64,000 bases of DNA, taken from an uncultured bacterium (GTDB taxonomy: Bacteria > Verrucomicrobiota > Verrucomicrobiia > Limisphaerales > UBA8199). Shown here in pieces: positions 10,014-19,969 of this stretch. Both the position numbers and the translations under genes were made by a program. How positions within the stretch are numbered: position 1 is the first letter of the stretch; each line of letters begins with the position of its first letter. The DNA lies in contig CAVVMW010000022.1 in the NCBI GenBank assembly GCA_963749495.1, positions 480,001 through 544,000 of the forward strand, read 5' to 3'. The notes beneath the pieces are model-generated. The model saw only the letters and a list, made by a program, of their open reading frames with translations, did not search any database and had not been told where the DNA came from.

Positions 10014-10235
10014 TCAGTTTCCATCTTGGGAGAACAATTGTCTCTCCAAGCACTCCTTGCCAAGAGCAGGCGCCGATTCAGATTGCCGCCGCATCCGGAG
10101 TTGCAATTTCTGCAAAATGCTTCGCTTGACCTCATGCATAGAATGCGGCGTACCTGGCGCATCGCCGGACATTTCTATTGCATCGTCGGCGTGAGCGAGC
10201 AACCACTCGTCGGATTTGGTGCTTTTCGAATTCAT
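10014..10235 (-). CDS. Small hypothetical protein downstream of ECF sigma
   Basis: 73-aa ORF starting ~30 nt after the sigma stop, same strand. Confidence 0.4.
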   Translation of the reverse strand: MNSKSTKSDEWLLAHADDAIEMSGDAPGTPHSMHEVKRSILQKLQLRMRRQSESAPALGKECLERQLFSQDGN

Positions 10236-10266
10236 TCAGGGTCCGTGTGTTCAGCTTGTCCCCTCC

Positions 10267-10905
10267 TCAAATCAGGGTGGTTCGGAGGTGCTCGATTTCC
10301 TTCCTGATCAGTTTGCTGATCCTGTGTTTAGCCAGGTACACCCGGCCGGGGTTCATTTCCAGGGCCCGCGCCACCCTTGAGACCGTCCATTTCTTGAAAA
10401 CATAGAGGTCGAAGGCCTGATAGGCCTTCAGATCGACTTTCCCTTTCACCCGCGCAATTGCGACATCCAGTAGATTCGAGTCCCATTCCTGGTCCCAGAG
10501 AGCTTCGAGCGCAAGGCCTCCGGGGTCTTCAATCCGTTCGATGGGGGCTGTGCTCGTGGACGCGGAGGCTGTGCGCTGGTGATCCTCGATTTCACGCTGG
10601 CGCTTGCGAAATTGATCCGTGATTCGCCACTGGGTCAGCTTCAGGAGCCACTTCTTGAAGGAGCCCTGTTCGCCGTCGTATTCGAAATTGGGCATGCTCT
10701 TACAGACCGAAAGCACCGTGTCCTGCACAACATCCTGTGCCTCCGCGGCGTTCAGCCCCGCTTTGATGGCCGTCCGATAAATAAGCCTCCAATACGTCTC
10801 GAAGAACTGCCTCCAGCCTTCCTGGTCATTCCAATCCTTCAGCCGGCCCAGCAAGGATTTCCGTGTTGGAATCAGCTCGCCTGCGTTGTTCGCGCTCGCC
10901 TTCAT
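10267..10905 (-). CDS. ECF RNA polymerase sigma factor (STK-associated type)
   Basis: PTRKSLLGRL..W..FFETY..LIY, AQDVVQD, F..WL, WDQEW, VYLAKHRI. Confidence 0.92.
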   Translation of the reverse strand: MKASANNAGELIPTRKSLLGRLKDWNDQEGWRQFFETYWRLIYRTAIKAGLNAAEAQDVVQDTVLSVCKSMPNFEYDGEQGSFKKWLLKLTQWRITDQFRKRQREIEDHQRTASASTSTAPIERIEDPGGLALEALWDQEWDSNLLDVAIARVKGKVDLKAYQAFDLYVFKKWTVSRVARALEMNPGRVYLAKHRISKLIRKEIEHLRTTLI

Positions 10906-10923
10906 CGATCAGCTACAAACCCG

Positions 10924-10953
10924 TATATAAAACGCCTGGGGGATTCCTTTCAA
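10924..10953 (-). promoter_or_regulatory. Possible sigma70 promoter of the ECF gene (TTGAAA ... TATATA)
   Basis: Minus strand ttgaaa-N18-tatata just upstream of ATG 10905. Confidence 0.35.
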
Positions 10954-11428
10954 GAAAAAGTGAAAAAACCTCCGCCCCTCGGGCATTGAGGGCTCCCCCC
11001 GTCGCCGAATGCCAACAGAGTGCCCTGGCACCTCGCCCAAGAGCCCTTTCCGGCCAGTGGCGGGATCCTCAAAGGCCCGCTCACCCCAAATATCGCCGGG
11101 AGACACGGCTTTCGAGCGATTGCGCATAAATCGATCATTGTTTAGGTACATACGGACCAAAACAGCCGTTTCTTTCAAGAATCTTTCTGCAAAAAATCAA
11201 GAATTTTGGCCCCCGTTGAAAGATCTGGCCATCCCGGACCGTATAGGTATTGAGGACTCCGAGGGCTTGAAGAGGGGAACCCGGAGGGCTGCGCCGAACA
11301 TGGGCCAGGGGTTTGGCGCAGCCCGATCCTGGAGTTGGCGGGGCCGGATCCATAAGCCCTCCTGCAGAACTGGAGAATCGGATGAGTCCGCAGAGGCAAT
11401 GTGGTCAAATGGCAGCAGAACCCCTTGA

Positions 11429-13375
11429 ATGAAAATCCTGCTCGTCGAAGAAAATCCCGACGATGTGCGCATCATCACAGAGATGCTCAGACGGGCGCCG
11501 AGCGGACCCTTTGACCTGAACCACGTGGCAGGTCTCGAACAGGCTCTAACCGCCTTGCGCGAGCAGACTTACGACGTACTGCTGCTGGACCTGGACCTGC
11601 CTGACTCACAGGGCCTTGAGAATCTGCCCATCGCTCAGGAACAGACCGGCAACCGGCTCCCGACCATCGTGCTCACCAACTCGGATGATGAAACGGTGGC
11701 GATTGAGGCTGTGCGACGCGGGGCACAGGATTTTCTTCACAAGCGGAACATGACTTCGGAGGTGCTGAGGCGCAGCCTGCGCTATGCGGTCGAGCGGCAC
11801 CGGGCACAGAGAGCTTCTTTGGAAAGCCAGGCACAGCATCGGCAGCTCACAGAGACGAGCCTCATCCAGTCCACTGCGCTCAGCGCAGCAGCCAATGGCA
11901 TCATGATCACGGATCGTGCAGGCACCATCCTCTGGGTCAATCCCGCCTTCACGGCTCTGACCGGCTTCACGGCCGAGGAAGTGATTGGCCAAAACCCGCG
12001 TCTGCTCAAGTCCGGCCAGCATGATGAGGCATTTTACAGTGCCTTCTGGAGCACCATCAGCTCCGGCGGCATCTGGCGCGGAGAATTCATCAACCGGCGC
12101 AAGGACGGAAGCCTCTGTATGAACGAACAGACGGTGGCCCCCGTCCGCTCCGGTGGTCAAGAAATCACCCACTTCATTTGCGTCATGCAGGACATTACTG
12201 AACGCAAGGCGCTGGCAGACGCCTTGCACCAGGCGCAGAGGTTGGAAGCCTTCGGGCAGCTTGCCGCAGGGGTGGCGCACGATTTCAATAATCTCCTGAC
12301 TATCATCCGTGGCAGCGCCGAACTCGTGCTCATGGCCGGCACTGGGCTCAGCGTCGAAGCCAACGAGGAGCTCAACCACGTTATCGGCGCCGCTGAACGG
12401 GGCGCTGCCCTGACCCGGCAGTTGCTCATCTTCGGCCGCAAGCAGGTCCTGCAGCCCCAGCCCGTGACGTTGACCCAGTTGATTGGGAACCTGGCCGGGA
12501 TGCTCAACCGCATTATCCGCGAGGACATCCGTCTGGAATGCCGTTGTGCGGAGCAGTTGCCCTTCGTCCAGGCCGACCCGGGCATGTTGGAGCAGGTGCT
12601 GATCAATCTGGTTGTGAATGCACGGGACGCCATGCCCCATGGCGGTCACATGCTCATAATGACCGAAAAGGTCACTTTGGACGAGAGCTGCGTTCAGACC
12701 AATCCCGAAGCTCGGCCTGGGGAGTATGTCTGCCTGACGGTCAGCGATACGGGCTCCGGCATTGCGCCAGAGGAGTTGCCGCGCATTTTCGAGCCGTTTT
12801 TCACCACCAAGGCACCCGGCAAGGGCACAGGTCTGGGCTTGGCCACCGTTTACGGCACCGTCAAGCAGCACCAAGGTTGGATTGAAGTGTCGAGTCGCCC
12901 TGGCCAGGGGTCCGCCTTCAGAATCTTCCTGCCTGCGATCCCGCCCCCGGTCCGGCTCGAAATGACGGAGCCTGCCGAGGGCCAGTTCCCCGGGGGAACC
13001 GAAACCATTCTGCTGGTAGAAGATGACCTTTCAGTGCGCATAGTCACGCGGCGCGTGTTGGAGAAGTTCCACTACAGAGTCTTGGAAGCCACCAGTGCTC
13101 GGGATGCCATGGTGCTCTGGAGCCGACACTCGGAGGAGATCGCCCTGCTGCTCACAGATATTGTGCTACCCGACGGTATAAGCGGCCGTGATCTGGCCAG
13201 GCGCGTGCACGCACAAACCCCTGGCCTGAGAATCATTTTCTTCAGCGGCTACAGCGCGGCAGTGCTGGGCAAAGACACGGAGTTTATGCAGCAAACCAGG
13301 AGCTACTTTCTCGCGAAGCCCTGCTCTCCGAGCAACCTGCTCCAAACAGTGCGCCGATGCCTGGATCAACAATAA
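11429..13375 (+). CDS. Hybrid sensor histidine kinase REC-PAS-HisKA-HATPase-REC
   Basis: N-terminal REC (LLDLDLPD), PAS/PAC (NRRKDG, QDITER), AHDFNN H-box, [21 protein letters not shown]-terminal REC. Confidence 0.95.
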   Translation: MKILLVEENPDDVRIITEMLRRAPSGPFDLNHVAGLEQALTALREQTYDVLLLDLDLPDSQGLENLPIAQEQTGNRLPTIVLTNSDDETVAIEAVRRGAQDFLHKRNMTSEVLRRSLRYAVERHRAQRASLESQAQHRQLTETSLIQSTALSAAANGIMITDRAGTILWVNPAFTALTGFTAEEVIGQNPRLLKSGQHDEAFYSAFWSTISSGGIWRGEFINRRKDGSLCMNEQTVAPVRSGGQEITHFICVMQDITERKALADALHQAQRLEAFGQLAAGVAHDFNNLLTIIRGSAELVLMAGTGLSVEANEELNHVIGAAERGAALTRQLLIFGRKQVLQPQPVTLTQLIGNLAGMLNRIIREDIRLECRCAEQLPFVQADPGMLEQVLINLVVNARDAMPHGGHMLIMTEKVTLDESCVQTNPEARPGEYVCLTVSDTGSGIAPEELPRIFEPFFTTKAPGKGTGLGLATVYGTVKQHQGWIEVSSRPGQGSAFRIFLPAIPPPVRLEMTEPAEGQFPGGTETILLVEDDLSVRIVTRRVLEKFHYRVLEATSARDAMVLWSRHSEEIALLLTDIVLPDGISGRDLARRVHAQTPGLRIIFFSGYSAAVLGKDTEFMQQTRSYFLAKPCSPSNLLQTVRRCLDQQ

Positions 13376-13538
13376 AAAGCCTCACCCGCTTCGCCCCCGG
13401 TCCCATCCCACAAATGTTCATCCTGATTGCTCATGGTTGTTGCAGGTAATTGTTGACGCATGGGCTGGGGAATTCAAGGCCGGGATAAATTCTACTTTTG
13501 GCTTTTGTTTGGCGGCGTTTTCGGGTAAAGAGCCTGAC

Positions 13539-14289
13539 ATGGGCGAGCAAGCATGGCGTGGGCTGTGCGCGAGTGCGGGCCGGGAGTTCACGACGACCCA
13601 CTGGAGCGTGGTGCTGGCGGCGGGAAGCAGCGACTCGCCCCAAGCGGCCGAGGCCTTGGAGCAGGCTCTGCCGGGCCTATTGGTATCCCCTCTACGCCTA
13701 CGTTCGCCGCAAGGGCCACGCCGCCCAGGACGCGGAGGACTTGACCCAGGAATTCTTCGCCCGGTTGCTGGACAAGCAGGCGCTCGCCCGCATCCAGCGT
13801 GAGGGGGGGAAGTTCCGCTCCTTCCTGCTCAAGGCGCTGAATCATTTTCTCGTCAACGAGTGGGAGCGCCACCGCGCCCAGAAGCGAGACGAGCGCAGGG
13901 TCGCCTTTTCCCTGGACGAGCTGGACCTGGAAGGGCGCTTTCAGGCTGAACCGGCCGACGAGGCGGCGCCGGAGAGCTTATTCGACCGGCAGTGGGCGGC
14001 CACGGTGCTCGAGCAGGTCATGAAGCGGCTGCGCGACGAGTATGCCGCCGCCGGCAAGGCCGAGCTGTTTCGGCGGCTCCAGCCTTGTCTGACCGGCGCA
14101 GAGCGAATGCTGCCTTACGCGCAGTTGGCCACACCGTTGGGCCTGACCGAAAGCGCGGTGAAGATGGCCGTGCACCGGCTCCGCAAGCGGTATGGAGAAC
14201 TGGTGCGCGCCGAGATCGTTCACACGGTGGCCACTCCCCGGGAGGCCGAAGAAGAAATTCGCTATTTGATCGCCATCACGGCCCGGTGA
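13539..14289 (+). CDS. ECF sigma factor (STK-associated), apparent frameshift near 13663
   Basis: FTTTHWSVVLAA...AAEALEQ in one frame continues as LCRAYWYPLYAYVRR...DAEDLTQEFF...AVKMAVHRLR in the next. Confidence 0.9.
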
Positions 14290-14301
14290 AGCCAGGTTTC
14301 C

Positions 14302-14330
14302 TGTTACCCGGGGAGTCATTTCCTGTGGTA
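14302..14330 (+). promoter_or_regulatory. Putative ECF promoter TGTTAC-N16-TGTGGTA (copy 1)
   Basis: tgttacccggggagtcatttcctgtggta; same motif and spacing at 18791 and 20049. Confidence 0.6.
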
Positions 14331-14335
14331 ACAAG

Positions 14336-17300
14336 GTGATGGCCCTGGTTATGTCAACGCTGCGACACTGTTCCGAGTGCGGTGCGGAAATCTCCGCGGC
14401 GAAGCAGAACGGCCTTTGCACGGCCTGCCTGTTGGCGCTGGGGCTTCAGGCGGATGCCGTCTCCGAACCTTCCTCCCCGGCACCTGTCCCTCCGCCTTTG
14501 TCCTTGGGGACGGGGGTTGCCTTCGGTGACTACGAACTGATCGAGGAAATTGCCCGCGGCGGCATGGGGATCGTCTATAAAGCGCGGCAGGTGAGCCTGG
14601 ACCGCATCGTTGCCGTGAAGCTGTTGCTTTCGGGCGCGCTGTCCAGCCCGGAATACGTGAAGCGCTTCCGCGTCGAGGCTTCCGCGGCCGCCAGTCTGCA
14701 GCATCCGAACATTGTCACGATCCATGAGGTCGGCGTCCAGCAGGGCCAGCATTACCTGGTGATGGATTATGTGGACGGACCGAGCCTGGCCAAGCTGGTT
14801 GTGCAGCAGCCTCTCCCCGCCAAACGCGCCGCCGCCTATATGAAGATCGTGGCCGAGGCGGTCCATTTCGCGCACGAGCACGGCATCCTGCATCGGGACC
14901 TGAAACCATCGAACGTTCTGATCGACTCGAAGGACCAACCGCGCGTGACGGACTTCGGGCTGGCCAAGCGGTTCGAGGGCGAATCGGAGGTAACGCTGAG
15001 CGGCCAACTGGTTGGCTCGCCGAGCTACATGCCGCCGGAGCAGGCCGCGGCCAAGCGGGGCAAGGTCTCCCGGCGCAGCGACGTCTATGGCCTGGGAGCG
15101 ATGCTGTATCACCTGCTCACCGGCCGGGCGCCATTCCAGGCCGCCACGCTCACCGACACGTTGGACCAGGTGCTGAACACGGAGGCGGCCGCACCACGCT
15201 GGCTGAATCCGGCCGTGCCGCGCGACCTCGAGACGATTTGCCTCAAGTGTTTGGAGAAGGAGCCGGCCAAACGGTATCCGACCGCGCAGACTCTGGCGCA
15301 AGAATTGGAGCGATTCTTGAACGGCCAACCCGTGCTGGCGCGGCCTGTCAGCCCACTCGGCAAGACGTGGCGTTGGTGCCGGCGACAACCGGTCCGAGCG
15401 GGGTTGATTGCCGCTTTGATCGTCGTTACCGCGCTCGGTCTGGCCGGCATGCTCTGGCAATGGCGCCGGGCGGAATCGCAGCGAGCGAACGCCGAAGCCG
15501 AGGCCCTGCTCGCCCGGCGCAACGCCTATGCGGGCGATATGAAGGAGGTGCAGCGTGCCTTGGAGGAGACCGACTTGGGCCGTGCTTGGGAACTGCTCAA
15601 CCGGCACCGGCCAGCGGGGAAATCCGAAATCCCTGCCCGTCCGGCAGGCGGGCGAAGTCCGAAATCCGAGCCTGATTTACGCGGCTGGGAATGGCGCTAT
15701 CTCTGGGACCGTTGCCGCAGCAACGAGCGCTTCCGCCTGCACCAATACTCCAACGCGGTGTCCGCCCTGGCATTTTCGCCGGATGGAAAGTGGCTGGCCG
15801 TGCGCCGGGAGGGCGGAGCAGTGGCCCTCTGGGACGCCGTGGCGAAGCGGCCGGCGACCGAGCTGCCAGGCGCCGGTCCGTCCAGGGCCTTGGCGTTTTC
15901 ACCTCGAAGCAACCTTCTGGCTTGGGGCACCAAGGATGCCGGTGGCGCGGCCCTGGTCAGCCTTTGCGATCTGAGCGCTCAGAAGGAAATCGTGCGGTTT
16001 CCGCACTCGCACGCCATCCTCTCGATTGCGTTCTCCCCCGATTCCCGGCAGATGGCAGCCTTGGCATTCAACGGGACAGTCCGCGTCTGGAACCTCGAAT
16101 CAAGACAAGTCATGAGCGACTTCCCCACCGCACTGGACGATGGCCGTCCGGGGCGATACTCCATCGCCACGAACGCGGCGGCGGCCGAACCGATCTGGTC
16201 GAACAGTAGCAAGGACTACGGCTGCATGCTCTTCTCGCCTGATGGCCGTTGGCTGGTGGTGGGGGAGGCCAAACCGCGGATTCGCCTCTTGGATAGGGCT
16301 TCCGGGAAAGAGACGGTGATCCTCCTCCCACGGCCAGCCGATGGGGTCACCGCTCTGGCCATCTCGCGCGACGGCAAGCTGTTCGCCGCAGGCTGCGGGC
16401 ACGACGACAACGAAATCCATCTCTGGGATTTGGCACCGAGCACGAACGTGGCACTCATCGGGCACAGCGGCTGGATTGGCGGCACGAACGTGGCACTCAC
16501 CGGGCACAGCGGCTGGATTACCGGCCTGGCCTTCTCGCCCGACGGGCAAACGCTGGCCTCGGTCAGCAGCGATCAGACGCTCCGCCTCTGGGATGTCGCC
16601 CGCAAGGCAGAGCGCCGGCCGTTCCAGGGCAACACGGATCAGGTCTGGGCACTCGCGTGGTCGCCGGATGGCACGAACCTCGTGACCGGCGCCAAGGATG
16701 GCACGGTGCGCTATTGGGACCCGCTCGCAAAGCCGCCAGCGGCGTATGCGGTCTTGCCCACTAAGATCTGTTCTTGGGGATTGGCCTTCTTGCCGGACAG
16801 CAGGACCTTCCTCACCGCCACCCGGCCCGAGGGCGCGGTGGTGTGGTGGGACGCGGGCCTGCAAAAGCCGGAAGGCTTGCCGTTTCTGGGGACCAATCAC
16901 TCGACTCTGGACCTCTCGAGAGACGGTCGTTGGCTGGCGCTCGGTGACACGAACGGCAACATTCGGGTCTGGGATTTCCCGGCGCATCGGCTGGTTGCCA
17001 ACCTGGTCTTCCCGGATGCCTGGATCTTCGCCGTCCAGTTCTCGCCGCAAACTGGCTATCTTCATTGTGGCGCCTTTGTATCGGGCGGGTTTAACACCAA
17101 GATCTGGACCGTGCCAGACTGGCGCGAGGTCAGCCTGCAGGGCATCAACCGCGCCAACTTCCGTGAGTTGGATTTCTCACCCGACGACAGGACCGTCGCT
17201 ACCGGATACGAGGACGGGACGGCTGCCTGGTGGGACATCGTGACCCGCACGAGGCAGGCCTTCTTCGACTGCGGGGGTGCGAGGCGCATGCGCGTGAGGT

Positions 17301-17677
17301 TCTCGCCGGATGGCAGGCGGTTCGCCACGGCGGGGTTGAATGGCGTGATGACGCTCTGGGATGTCCTCACCCGGCAAGCCACGTCCATCGGTCGCAGTTA
17401 CCGGAGCGGACTGCACGATCTTGTTTTTTCACCTGATGGGCGGCGGTTGATCACCACGGGGACCAGTCCCAAGGATCTCGTCAAGCTCTGGGATGTGGAG
17501 ATCGGCCGGGACATGGTGACGCTCCCGGGCGAACCCGGATTGTTCTTCAATCACATTGGGTGTTCGCCGGACGGCAACGCGCTGTTCGCGGACAGCATGG
17601 AGGGCGTAGCACTGCTCTGGCGCGCGCCGTCGTGGGAGGAGATTGCGGCGGAAGAGAGAAAAGCGAGTGCTCCATGA
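14336..17677 (+). CDS. Ser/Thr kinase with N-terminal Cys (zinc-ribbon) motif, TM segment and WD40 repeats
   Basis: CSECG..LCTAC; IARGGMGIV, HRDLKPSN, DFGLAK, GSPSYMPPE; GWEWRYL; many FSPDG repeats. Confidence 0.95.
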   Translation: MMALVMSTLRHCSECGAEISAAKQNGLCTACLLALGLQADAVSEPSSPAPVPPPLSLGTGVAFGDYELIEEIARGGMGIVYKARQVSLDRIVAVKLLLSGALSSPEYVKRFRVEASAAASLQHPNIVTIHEVGVQQGQHYLVMDYVDGPSLAKLVVQQPLPAKRAAAYMKIVAEAVHFAHEHGILHRDLKPSNVLIDSKDQPRVTDFGLAKRFEGESEVTLSGQLVGSPSYMPPEQAAAKRGKVSRRSDVYGLGAMLYHLLTGRAPFQAATLTDTLDQVLNTEAAAPRWLNPAVPRDLETICLKCLEKEPAKRYPTAQTLAQELERFLNGQPVLARPVSPLGKTWRWCRRQPVRAGLIAALIVVTALGLAGMLWQWRRAESQRANAEAEALLARRNAYAGDMKEVQRALEETDLGRAWELLNRHRPAGKSEIPARPAGGRSPKSEPDLRGWEWRYLWDRCRSNERFRLHQYSNAVSALAFSPDGKWLAVRREGGAVALWDAVAKRPATELPGAGPSRALAFSPRSNLLAWGTKDAGGAALVSLCDLSAQKEIVRFPHSHAILSIAFSPDSRQMAALAFNGTVRVWNLESRQVMSDFPTALDDGRPGRYSIATNAAAAEPIWSNSSKDYGCMLFSPDGRWLVVGEAKPRIRLLDRASGKETVILLPRPADGVTALAISRDGKLFAAGCGHDDNEIHLWDLAPSTNVALIGHSGWIGGTNVALTGHSGWITGLAFSPDGQTLASVSSDQTLRLWDVARKAERRPFQGNTDQVWALAWSPDGTNLVTGAKDGTVRYWDPLAKPPAAYAVLPTKICSWGLAFLPDSRTFLTATRPEGAVVWWDAGLQKPEGLPFLGTNHSTLDLSRDGRWLALGDTNGNIRVWDFPAHRLVANLVFPDAWIFAVQFSPQTGYLHCGAFVSGGFNTKIWTVPDWREVSLQGINRANFRELDFSPDDRTVATGYEDGTAAWWDIVTRTRQAFFDCGGARRMRVRFSPDGRRFATAGLNGVMTLWDVLTRQATSIGRSYRSGLHDLVFSPDGRRLITTGTSPKDLVKLWDVEIGRDMVTLPGEPGLFFNHIGCSPDGNALFADSMEGVALLWRAPSWEEIAAEERKASAP
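16440..16519 (+). repeat. 42-bp in-frame tandem duplication inside the STK WD40 region
   Basis: gcacgaacgtggcactca(t/c)cgggcacagcggctggatt twice, giving TNVALIGHSGWIG/TNVALTGHSGWIT. Confidence 0.9.
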
Positions 17678-18642
17678 GTTCGCACAGAAGCCAACGAAGG
17701 AAACGAAGAATGGTGGGACAACTCGGCGTACCGGCTTCTTTTTCCCAATCCCCTTCGTTCTCTTCGTTTCCTTCTGTGAAACCCGCCTTCACCCTGATCG
17801 AACTCCTTGTGGTCATCGCCATCATCGCCATCCTGGCTTCCTTCCTGTTGCCCACGCTCTCCAAGACCAAGACCCAGGCCCAAGGGATCGGATGCCTGAA
17901 CAACCTCAAGCAGATGACGCTGGCGTGGACGATGTATGCGCACGACCAAGACGACCGCGTGCCCATGAACATCGGCTACCTGGCCCAGGCCGATTGGGAA
18001 TCGTGGGTCCGGGGATGGTTGACCCTGGACTCTCCGGGTCTCCAACCTCCGGGGGGCGCGTCGCCCGGAGACAGCACCAACATCTCCTACCTGCTGCACA
18101 GCCCGCTCGCGGGTTACAGCGCCGTGCCCGGAATCTGGCGCTGTCCGGCGGACAAAAGCACCCGCACGCTCGGGGGCGCACGCCTGCCCCGCACACGGAG
18201 TTTCTCCATGGACGAACAACTCGGGGATTACAACCCCGATGGATCTCCGCGTGATACCCCTTGGGTGACGGACTGGATGCCCAGACTGGTGGTGAGAAAA
18301 ACCCCGGATTTCCGAAATCCAGGACCCGCCCAGTGTTTCGTTTTCCTCGATGAGCGCGAGGACTCGATCATGGACAGCCACTTCTTCCTCCATCCAGACG
18401 GATTTCGGGAGGCCAATCCGGCCTTGTACCGGCTGGTGGGCTACCCCGGCAGCTACCACAATGGCGCCGGGAGCCTCAGCTTTGCCGATGGCCACGCCGA
18501 ACCCCGCAAGTGGCTGGACCCGCGCACCAAGCCACGGTTGGTTCCGGACCATAATATTGTCGAGTCGGTTGACGGTGTCCCCTCTCCGAGCAACCCGGAC
18601 GTTGAATGGATCCAGCAGCGGACGTTCCAAAAAGGCGGCTGA
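17674..18642 (+). CDS. Prepilin-type N-terminal cleavage/methylation protein with H-X9-DG C-terminal motif
   Basis: AFTLIELLVVIAIIAILASFLLP, CLNNLKQ, CPAD, YHNGAGSLSFADGH; ATG overlaps the STK stop (ATGA). Confidence 0.92.
   Translation: MSSHRSQRRKRRMVGQLGVPASFSQSPSFSSFPSVKPAFTLIELLVVIAIIAILASFLLPTLSKTKTQAQGIGCLNNLKQMTLAWTMYAHDQDDRVPMNIGYLAQADWESWVRGWLTLDSPGLQPPGGASPGDSTNISYLLHSPLAGYSAVPGIWRCPADKSTRTLGGARLPRTRSFSMDEQLGDYNPDGSPRDTPWVTDWMPRLVVRKTPDFRNPGPAQCFVFLDEREDSIMDSHFFLHPDGFREANPALYRLVGYPGSYHNGAGSLSFADGHAEPRKWLDPRTKPRLVPDHNIVESVDGVPSPSNPDVEWIQQRTFQKGG
17683..17778. repeat. Palindromic element (ACAGAAG.AACGAAGGAAACGAAG...CTTCGTTTCCTTCTGT) inside the prepilin gene 5' end
   Basis: Inverted arms; same family at 18661-18756, 19987-20014 and 51459-51547. 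Confidence 0.8.
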
Positions 18643-18660
18643 GCGAGGCCCCAGAGGGAA

Positions 18661-18756
18661 ACAGAAGGTAACGAAGGAAACGCACAAGACTCTGAACGCT
18701 CGGGGTCCGGAGGCTCGCCGCTGAAACCCCTTCGTTTTCTTCGTTTCCTTCTGTGA
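18661..18756. repeat. Palindromic element, same family as 17683
   Basis: acagaaggtaacgaaggaaacg ... cttcgttttcttcgtttccttctgt. Confidence 0.8.
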
Positions 18757-18837
18757 AATCCTCCGGGTTTCGTGTTTCGGTTTTTTTGTCTGTTACCTCC
18801 GCCGGCATTTCCTGTGGTACCCCAGTGATGACCGTCT
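18712..18837 (+). repeat. ~126-bp direct repeat copy 1 (contains ECF promoter motif 18791-18819)
   Basis: Closely matches 19970-20095 at constant offset 1258. Confidence 0.9.
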
Positions 18838-18982
18838 ATGCAGCCCCCCGGCCGGAACTCCGGCCTCAGGTCTGGAAGGCGGTCGACGACAGGTGGCGTC
18901 GGCGACGAAAAGTGCGCTTGCGAGCCGCCGAAAACGCCGCATAACAAAAAACAACAGCAAACCAAAAGAAAGGAACAGCAGT

Positions 18983-19636
18983 ATGAAGCGTAAGACATGG
19001 ACCGTAGCGCTCGTTGCGGTCGGAATCACCGTGGTCTCTCTGCCACTGTGGTCCGGCGATAGCAAATCCACCGGTGGCAAGGACTTGCCCCCCTCGGTTT
19101 GCGACATCACGGGAAGTTGGGTCATCAGTTCCCCGGCCGTTCCCGGGTTTTACAACAATCCATTGGTGGCCGGAGCAGTCGTGACTCCGATTGACCCGTC
19201 CGGCCAGCGGTTCGCGGCGGCGGCCAAGGCGATGAACGCCGAGCCAACCTTTGGCGGCCTGTTTCCAGATGCGGATAGCTGGGTCAACTTGCCTGGGATC
19301 TTCGTCCGGTCGGGCCCACGAACCTACCGGTACTCCCAGATCGGTTACGCTGTGAAATCGTCGTATCCGGACCGCGGGCAGATGCTGTACATGTGTGTCA
19401 TGAGCGGCACGGCCGAGTTCATTGATGAGGATACCGTCAAAGAGACCGGCACGGGCGCGGTTTACAGCGCCGTCAACCGGCCGGAACTCATCTTTCCGCC
19501 CCTGGGCATCAATGGCTTGCATAACCAGGACAGGGACCACGATGGCTTACCTGACCTGGGTGAAAAGCCGTTCTTGTGCGTGCCGTTCGACATGACCATG
19601 AAACGGTTTCCCTTGATGGCGCCCTGCGCGCTGTAA
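18983..19636 (+). CDS. Secreted hypothetical protein with a DxDxDG Ca-binding-like motif
   Basis: AAGGA RBS, signal peptide MKRKTWTVALVAVG..., DRDHDGLPD. Confidence 0.75.
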   Translation: MKRKTWTVALVAVGITVVSLPLWSGDSKSTGGKDLPPSVCDITGSWVISSPAVPGFYNNPLVAGAVVTPIDPSGQRFAAAAKAMNAEPTFGGLFPDADSWVNLPGIFVRSGPRTYRYSQIGYAVKSSYPDRGQMLYMCVMSGTAEFIDEDTVKETGTGAVYSAVNRPELIFPPLGINGLHNQDRDHDGLPDLGEKPFLCVPFDMTMKRFPLMAPCAL

Positions 19637-19969
19637 TCGCGAAACCATTCCGTGCGGTGGCGCAAGGCCCCATCCGCGCTGACTGTGTCCCCTTGAAGAT
19701 CTCCATGACCTCCGAGCACTGGTGGCGCAGAGTCGTCGTCTGCCGTGTCGCGGATTGTCAATTCGCGACACAGCAGATTCCCGCCCGTGACGGCCGGCGG
19801 CTCAAGCAGACCCCCGAGGCCCATCGCGCCATCCCTAGGCGTGCAACTTCCACGCGGGCTGGGCGGCTCGCGTGGAAGTCAGCAGCTTGGACGCCGCTCA
19901 AGCCGGCGAGACGGAAGTGAATGGCCAGATCCTCCAAGCCAAAGGCGGCCCGATGTCCACGCCCCAATT

